A stretch of DNA of 64,000 bases, taken from assembly GCA_024278855.1 (NCBI GenBank), contig JAJRSJ010000021.1:4181-68180 (forward strand), in the 5' to 3' direction. The notes beneath the pieces are model-generated. The model was not told the origin of the DNA. It ran no database searches and was given only the letters and a program-made list of their open reading frames with translations. Made by a program: the position numbers and the translations under genes. This DNA comes from Alphaproteobacteria bacterium. GTDB taxonomy: Bacteria; Pseudomonadota; Alphaproteobacteria; Caulobacterales; Maricaulaceae. This document shows positions 58,910-64,000 of the stretch, one piece after another; positions within the stretch are counted from its first letter, which is position 1, and the number at the start of each line of letters is the position of its first letter.

Positions 58910-59323
58910 ATGCTTTTGCAAATAGTTATCGGAATGGCATTGGTCGGTGTCACGGTATTTATCCAAGTGGTATTTATCCAACTGGCCTTTAACCGGATAA
59001 AAAGCCACCCGCCCACACATCTGCAAGGCTCTGGTATCATGGCACCCGTAATGCTGATGACCGGGGCCACCATGTGGCTATTTTTGGCCTTGTGCATTGC
59101 CGTACTGATATGGGCATTGGCATTTTTGGTCTTGGGTATATTCGAGACATTTGCACAAGCCATGTATTTCTCGGCAATCGCATTTACCACGCTCGGGTTT
59201 GGCGATGTTCTCCTGCCGCAAAACTGGCAATTGCTCTCGGGGGTTTCCGCCGCCAACGGCCTGTTATTGTTCGGCCTCAACACAGGTTTTTTGATCGAAT
59301 CTATTCGCAAAATTTGTGAATAG
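58910..59323 (+). CDS. minimal potassium-channel-like pore protein (Ion_trans_2-like)
   Basis: 137 aa with three hydrophobic helices and a pore-loop/selectivity-filter-like motif AIAFTTLGFGDV. It starts 8 nt after the ATPase stop. Confidence 0.65.
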   Translation: MLLQIVIGMALVGVTVFIQVVFIQLAFNRIKSHPPTHLQGSGIMAPVMLMTGATMWLFLALCIAVLIWALAFLVLGIFETFAQAMYFSAIAFTTLGFGDVLLPQNWQLLSGVSAANGLLLFGLNTGFLIESIRKICE

Positions 59324-59577
59324 GCGCGATCACGGACGTGGGTTTACCAACAATCTAATCCATGATGCGTACAACTGCCCTATAGTACAAATGTTCTTTC
59401 GCTCATGGATAAGCAAAACGCGTTGGTTTGTTGGAGCGAGGGACGGTGTCGGACTGAGGCTTGGCCTAACACGCTAGGCGGCCCGGGTCCCGTAGCGTGA
59501 GCTGAACGTTGCTGAGATAGTTTTCCCCTATCAAAACTGCTTCGAAAAAACCGGCCGTTACGCATAAACACCGCCGT

Positions 59578-60144
59578 GTGGCTTTGCCCTCACGAAACAT
59601 TTTTGCTAGCTCTCCTTGGTATTTCCAGTGGAGGCAAACCACACGGGCCGTCCATTTAGGCGACCAGACAAAACCAAAACCACCGCTTTTTAAAGGCGGG
59701 CCAAAGCGCCTGCAAAAAACGAAAAAGAAAAATTATATACCCAGAAAACAAATCAATACGGCGACAGATGAAAAACTGAAACGGACAAAATTGGCCTTAG
59801 AACAGCTAAAACTGGAACAGGCCCGCCGTGATTGGAAACGGACAACAACCCCGCGCCCGCCGGGCATGGCCAGGCATGAACTTCAGGCACAAACAGTCTA
59901 CAAGCAGATGGTTCAAAAACTGGACAATATCCGCTATATGACAATGCTATTTGAGCTGTCAAAACTCACCGCGCAAAAGGAAAAAGAAATGGTCGAGGGG
60001 GAGATCGCCGCCCTTCATATGGCCAGACAAACCCGTGCTTGGATAGAAAACCATAAACCTGACCCTACAGCCGGGACGCAACTTATACCAAGCCCCGCAA
60101 CAGACGGTATTGACGATATCAAGCCAAGGCCGAGCGGCGTTTGA
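59578..60144 (+). CDS. hypothetical Lys/Arg-rich coiled-coil protein (doubtful; start unclear)
   Basis: 188-aa ORF opening with GTG. It has no recognisable motif and no obvious RBS. The first in-frame Met is at MARHEL. Confidence 0.3.
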   Translation: MALPSRNIFASSPWYFQWRQTTRAVHLGDQTKPKPPLFKGGPKRLQKTKKKNYIPRKQINTATDEKLKRTKLALEQLKLEQARRDWKRTTTPRPPGMARHELQAQTVYKQMVQKLDNIRYMTMLFELSKLTAQKEKEMVEGEIAALHMARQTRAWIENHKPDPTAGTQLIPSPATDGIDDIKPRPSGV

Positions 60145-60164
60145 ACTTGAAATACAATACAGTT

Positions 60165-60206
60165 ACAGATATTCCATTACAGGTATTCCATTACAGGTAT
60201 TCCATG
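60165..60206. repeat. 3 x 14-bp tandem repeat (caggtattccatta) directly upstream of sdaA
   Basis: The copies are cagatattccatta, caggtattccatta and caggtattccatgt. The last ends 14 nt before the sdaA ATG at 60221. Confidence 0.85.
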
Positions 60207-60220
60207 TAAAAAGGTTTCTC

Positions 60221-61600
60221 ATGCTTTCAGTTCTCGATATTTTTCGTATCGGTATTGGCCCGTCGAGCTCCCACACGGTGGGGCCGATCCGGATTGCCAA
60301 ACGCTTTGTGGATATGCTGGACAGCTTGGGTGTTTTGGCGGACGTCGCGAATGTCCGGGCGGAATTACAAGGCTCACTGGCCCTGACCGGAGACGGTCAT
60401 GCGACGCCCAAGGCGGTAATTTTAGGTTTAATGGGGTTGGAGCCGGAAACCTTAAACCCCGCACAAGCGGACAACCAAATGGCCCAGGTGTATAAAGACA
60501 AGACAATATCCCTGTGTGGCCGCAAGCTTATAAATTTTGACCCGCACACGGACATTGTATTTGACTATGAGACCCCGCCTGATCTGCATCCCAACGGCAT
60601 GAACATGGTGGCCCGAGACCGACAAGGGACGGTGATTAGCCAACAGGTTTATTATTCCACGGGCGGCGGGTTTATCGCGACCCGCGAACAACTCTTGACC
60701 CCGCTCAAAGACGATATTGTGCCGGGGCAAATACATGTGCAATATCCGTTCGGCTCGGCGGCGGCGCTTTTGGATTTATGTGCGCGGGAGAACAAACACA
60801 TTCACGAAATAATTTACGCCAATGAAGACGGGTTTCGTCCGCGTCCCCAAACAGGTGCTATGCTCGACAAAACTGCACAAGTGATGATGGACTGCATTGA
60901 GCGGGGTCTGCACACTGAAGGCATTTTGCCGGGCGGGCTAAAGGTCAAACGCCGTGCGCCCGACATTTGGCAAAAATTGATGGCCAACCCGACCTCCAAT
61001 GAACGCGAGCAATTGTTCGACTGGCTTAATGTCTATGCTATGGCGGTCAACGAGGAAAATGCGGCCGGCGGCCAAGTGGTCACCGCACCCACCAATGGCG
61101 CGGCAGGTATTATTCCCGCCGTTATTCGTCATTACTGCCTAGAGGGGGATAAAAAATGCCCGCAAAACCTGCGTAAATTTCTGCTAACGGCTGGCGGTAT
61201 CGGGCTTCTTTACAAACAACGGGCTTCCATATCCGGGGCCGAAATGGGCTGTCAGGGCGAGGTTGGTGTGGCCTGCTCCATGGCGGCGGGCGGTTTGGCG
61301 GCGGTGTGGGGCGGCACGCCTTTACAAGTGGCCAGCGCCGCAGAAATCGGCATGGAGCATAATCTCGGTCTGACCTGCGATCCGGTCGGCGGGTTGGTGC
61401 AAATCCCGTGTATTGAGCGCAATGCCATCGGCGCGGTAAAAGCCGCCAATGCGGCCCGCCTTGCCCTGCACGCCGCCGACCAGAGGAAAGTTAGTCTGGA
61501 TCAGGTGATTGAGACCATGCGCCAGACCGGACTTGATATGTCGTCAAAATACAAAGAAACTAGCCAAGGCGGTCTCGCGGTCAATGTGGTGGAGTGTTAG
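60221..61600 (+). CDS. sdaA: L-serine ammonia-lyase (iron-sulfur dependent, single chain)
   Basis: [22 protein letters not shown] is the N-terminal signature, with ...[14 protein letters not shown] and [18 protein letters not shown] at the C-terminus. The ORF-track start at 60110 is an extension. Confidence 0.93.
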   Translation: MLSVLDIFRIGIGPSSSHTVGPIRIAKRFVDMLDSLGVLADVANVRAELQGSLALTGDGHATPKAVILGLMGLEPETLNPAQADNQMAQVYKDKTISLCGRKLINFDPHTDIVFDYETPPDLHPNGMNMVARDRQGTVISQQVYYSTGGGFIATREQLLTPLKDDIVPGQIHVQYPFGSAAALLDLCARENKHIHEIIYANEDGFRPRPQTGAMLDKTAQVMMDCIERGLHTEGILPGGLKVKRRAPDIWQKLMANPTSNEREQLFDWLNVYAMAVNEENAAGGQVVTAPTNGAAGIIPAVIRHYCLEGDKKCPQNLRKFLLTAGGIGLLYKQRASISGAEMGCQGEVGVACSMAAGGLAAVWGGTPLQVASAAEIGMEHNLGLTCDPVGGLVQIPCIERNAIGAVKAANAARLALHAADQRKVSLDQVIETMRQTGLDMSSKYKETSQGGLAVNVVEC

Positions 61601-61612
61601 CGTATTTTGCGG

Positions 61613-62623
61613 TTATTTACCGGGATAAAACACAGGAACCATATAGCCGGTCTTTGGGTCGATGATATACGACCCGCTTGCACCCGGCGGCAAAGGTGCG
61701 CCGCCCGCACCCAAAGAGCCAGGACCGCCGTCCGGCACATAGGGAATGGGTGTTACGCCTTCAGGGATGATGACGCGCTCGCCAGTCACAGGGTCGCGGT
61801 AATATGGCTCGCCGCTTTCAATGGCATCATTATCCAAACCTGTAGACGGGGCGCTTGTATTGGGGGTTTGCGCCTCTCCAATCGGCGGCAAATCTACATC
61901 GAGCGGAAACACCTCCGAAACGCCGCTTCGGGGCGGCCCAGTGTAGGTCTGGCTGCCGGCAACTCTGCCGGCTTGGGCGTATGGATCTGGGTATGGATCT
62001 GGGTATGGCTGCGCGCTTGGTTGGCCATTAAATCCTGGGCCAGTCGCGATATTCCGCGAACGGTCATCTGCCAATTTAATATAGGAAATCACTTCGCTCG
62101 TGCCGCGTGTCGTACTGGCAATATGGGTTGTCAGAGCCAATTCTTCGGGGGTTCGTGCCACGCCGAGCAAATATACAACCCCGTCATTAACCTCAATACT
62201 GATATTACGGGCCTTGACGGACTTCGCTGCAATCAGACGCGCGCGAACCGAACTGTTAAGCACACCGTCTTTGGTGTTGCGCACCATGCCTTGGCGGCCT
62301 TTGATCAATATCTCATTGCCCACTTGAACCACTTGCGGGCCTGACCAGGCTATGCGCTCGGCTTCAATACGGTCTTCGTTGCGCGGCACATTGCCGGATA
62401 AGACCACTATGCCCTCTGCAACCTCAACATCGACGCCGGCGAGCTTAAAGCCCTCCACCCGGCTCATGCGGGCCTTTATGGCGCGGCCGGCACTGACATC
62501 ATTTAAGGAACGGGCGAAATTGCGCTCGTCGCCTTTCTTGACGCCTGCCGTCAGTGCAGTGGTGCATCCGGTTGAAATCAGCGCAAAACTGCTAGCGAAC
62601 AAGAGTATGGTTAATTGTTTCAT
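61613..62623 (-). CDS. BON-domain lipoprotein with Pro/Tyr-rich C-terminal region
   Basis: Lipobox LISTGC. Two BON-like segments are present (VDVEVAEGIVVLSGNVP and ISIEVNDGVVYLLGVART). The C-terminal half is low-complexity with PYPDPYPDPY. Confidence 0.75.
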   Translation of the reverse strand: MKQLTILLFASSFALISTGCTTALTAGVKKGDERNFARSLNDVSAGRAIKARMSRVEGFKLAGVDVEVAEGIVVLSGNVPRNEDRIEAERIAWSGPQVVQVGNEILIKGRQGMVRNTKDGVLNSSVRARLIAAKSVKARNISIEVNDGVVYLLGVARTPEELALTTHIASTTRGTSEVISYIKLADDRSRNIATGPGFNGQPSAQPYPDPYPDPYAQAGRVAGSQTYTGPPRSGVSEVFPLDVDLPPIGEAQTPNTSAPSTGLDNDAIESGEPYYRDPVTGERVIIPEGVTPIPYVPDGGPGSLGAGGAPLPPGASGSYIIDPKTGYMVPVFYPGK

Positions 62624-62707
62624 AAGGGTAAATTACCGCCATCCCTTTACCAAAGTGTTACCAAAATGGCGGCTTTACATTAAATTTGTGATAGTTATTC
62701 TTGGATT

Positions 62708-63064
62708 ATGAGTGCAAAAATCATCCCGATTCCCGTTTCAAATCGCAGGCAAAGCCGCTCTAATCTCGCACCCGTCAGCTTTGAACGCAAAGAACTGGCT
62801 ATTATATTAAACATTTATGGCCAAATGGTCGCACGGGGGGTCTGGAAAGATTATGCCGTCGATATGCTAGCCGAGCGGGCGGTGTTCTCGGTCTATCGCC
62901 GGGCCACAGAAACCCCGCTCTACCAGATTAACAAACGCCCGCACATGCGGGGGAAACAGGGACAATACAGTGTGGTCGCGCCCGACGGGCTGATCCTCAA
63001 ACGCGGCCATGATCTGAAAAACGTGCTGCGCATATTCGACAAAGCAAGGTTTAAGAGCCTGTAA
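62708..63064 (+). CDS. DUF2794-family protein
   Basis: SFERKELAIILNIYGQMVARGVWKDYAVDMLAERAVFSVYRRATETPLY matches my memory of the conserved alphaproteobacterial DUF2794 pattern. Confidence 0.65.
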   Translation: MSAKIIPIPVSNRRQSRSNLAPVSFERKELAIILNIYGQMVARGVWKDYAVDMLAERAVFSVYRRATETPLYQINKRPHMRGKQGQYSVVAPDGLILKRGHDLKNVLRIFDKARFKSL

Positions 63065-63081
63065 TCCCCCGATTCGGCATG

Positions 63082-63112
63082 AAAAACCCCGCCAACCGAA
63101 AGGCTGACGGGG
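63082..63112 (-). terminator. rho-independent terminator (minus-strand T-run; hairpin possibly shared with the convergent plus-strand gene)
   Basis: CCCCGCCAACC-GAAA-GGCTGACGGGG stem (9 of 11 pairs). It is flanked by AAAAA on the plus strand, which is UUUUU on the minus strand. Confidence 0.65.
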
Positions 63113-63144
63113 TAAATTTAGTGATTTTGGTAAATTGGCTAAAC

Positions 63145-63471
63145 TTAGCCTTCGGCTTTACCAAGAACAACGCGCTCCAATAGCCTGCGCAGTACGGCAG
63201 TGACACCAGCCGCAGCCAAAACAGCACCAATGCTAGTAAGTATGGCCGTTAGATGTTTACCGATTTCAGGAATACCGTTCAATGCTGCGGCACCACCAGC
63301 CATCAAAAAGATAGCGGCGACCAACAGGCCAAGACGGTGTTCTTTGTCAACGAACCAACCCGAAACAAGACCAAGTACAGCCAGAATGGCTGCATCATAA
63401 CCGGTACTTACGAAAGCCAGAACGATGGCAGCCAACAGGCTGACGATCCAAATTATACGTGCTATAGACAT
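63145..63471 (-). CDS. small three/four-helix membrane protein (hypothetical)
   Basis: 108 aa, almost entirely hydrophobic helices (MSIARIIWIVSLLAAIVLAFV...). Confidence 0.55.
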   Translation of the reverse strand: MSIARIIWIVSLLAAIVLAFVSTGYDAAILAVLGLVSGWFVDKEHRLGLLVAAIFLMAGGAAALNGIPEIGKHLTAILTSIGAVLAAAGVTAVLRRLLERVVLGKAEG

Positions 63472-63612
63472 ATTTTCCCCCTTAAAGGTTTTGTGATACG
63501 GGCGTTTTGCCCGTTAGTGTTAGGCGTTTTGCCCATTGTTATTAGTTGCGCCGGGCTCTTCGGCACGTACACAACAAGTGCTTCTTAACACTTTTTTAAT
63601 GTTTATGCAAAG

Positions 63613-63640
63613 AAAAAAGCCCCGTTTTGGGACGGGGCTT
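63613..63640 (-). terminator. rho-independent terminator after the BI-1/YccA-like gene
   Basis: AGCCCCGT / ACGGGGCT stem. An A-run lies on the plus strand (U-run on the minus strand) and TTTT lies on the other side. Confidence 0.7.
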
Positions 63641-63675
63641 TTAAACGTTAATTTGGTAGTGTATTCAGTGAATAC

Positions 63676-64000
63676 TCAATCGCCGCCGAACATACTCATC
63701 AAAATTGAGAAAATATTGATAAATGACAGCAATAGAGACGCCGCCCCAAATACAGACATTTTCTCTGCCATAGCCGCATCACCGACCGTGCCGTAATATA
63801 TCCGCTTTAATGACTGGGTTTCCCAAGCGGTAATACCGCAAATAGCCACTAAACCGACCAAATTAAACAAAAACCCGGCCATGCCTGTAAATGCCAACGC
63901 AGGAATAAACATGCCCAGAATATTTATGACGATAAAGCCGACAAATAACATGATGAAAAACTTGGCAATACCGCCCAGGTCTTTCTTGATGGTATAGCCA
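63676..64000 (-). CDS. Bax inhibitor-1/YccA-family membrane protein (partial; N-terminus outside the window)
   Basis: The frame stays open to the window edge (GYTIKKDLGGIAKFFIMLFVGFIV...), and the C-terminus is ...FGAASLLLSFINIFSILMSMFGGD. Both are typical of the BI-1 family. Confidence 0.75.
   Translation of the reverse strand, partial: GYTIKKDLGGIAKFFIMLFVGFIVINILGMFIPALAFTGMAGFLFNLVGLVAICGITAWETQSLKRIYYGTVGDAAMAEKMSVFGAASLLLSFINIFSILMSMFGGD

Noticed and set aside
59380-59571. 63-aa minus-strand ORF, and possible identity with SRP RNA, 6S RNA, tmRNA or RNase P RNA
   Set aside because: The ORF has no RBS and an Arg/Ser-rich nonsense composition. None of the conserved cores I remember for these RNAs is present. 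It is retained only as a low-interest unexplained non-coding region.
61985-62012. 12-bp tandem repeat (ggatctgggtat) inside the BON-protein gene
   Set aside because: It encodes the in-frame PYPDPYPDPY low-complexity linker of a Pro-rich C-terminal region. This is ordinary coding micro-repeat behaviour.

Overview
This 64 kb window looks like a chromosomal segment of an alphaproteobacterium. The evidence is the tig-clpP-clpX...lon-tRNA-Val synteny, an RpoH sigma factor and a DUF2794-type protein. About 60 genes are densely packed. Housekeeping genes present are ppiase-coaD-gyrA, ssb, nadV-like, lon, clpX, clpP, tig, rpoH, sdaA, ald and a thiolase. Four accessory blocks interrupt them. (1) A small low-GC islet sits next to tRNA-Val and holds a GIY-YIG gene bracketed by 21-bp direct repeats plus an orphan gene. 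(2) An oxyR / secreted catalase / ankyrin (katB-ankB-like) module is inserted between clpX and lon. (3) A low-GC two-gene ATPase + RloB/Toprim cassette (AbiL-like candidate anti-phage module) is wedged between a thiolase gene and ald. (4) A roughly 22 kb heavy-metal island spans 36.7-59.3 kb. It contains a CnrYXH-like ECF module, a His-rich membrane protein, CopG/DUF411, a Zn/Cd/Pb-type P1B ATPase, czcCBA plus a PII-like gene, copAB, cytochromes c plus a porin, a CDF transporter, and a MerR regulator with a Cu-type ATPase and a mini K-channel-like protein. No transposase, integrase, CRISPR array or rRNA is visible. Sequence-level oddities include three 1-nt deletions in CCAAAA contexts that break lon, clpP and a kynureninase-like gene (most likely assembly errors), and an in-frame TGA in an outer-membrane barrel gene. 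There are also a 3 x 112-bp-period REP-like array, a 3 x 44-bp tandem repeat between clpX and clpP, a MITE-like element with a perfect 21-bp hairpin, and two MerR-type promoters with 19/20-bp spacers. All family calls rest on motifs read by eye; no database search was possible.
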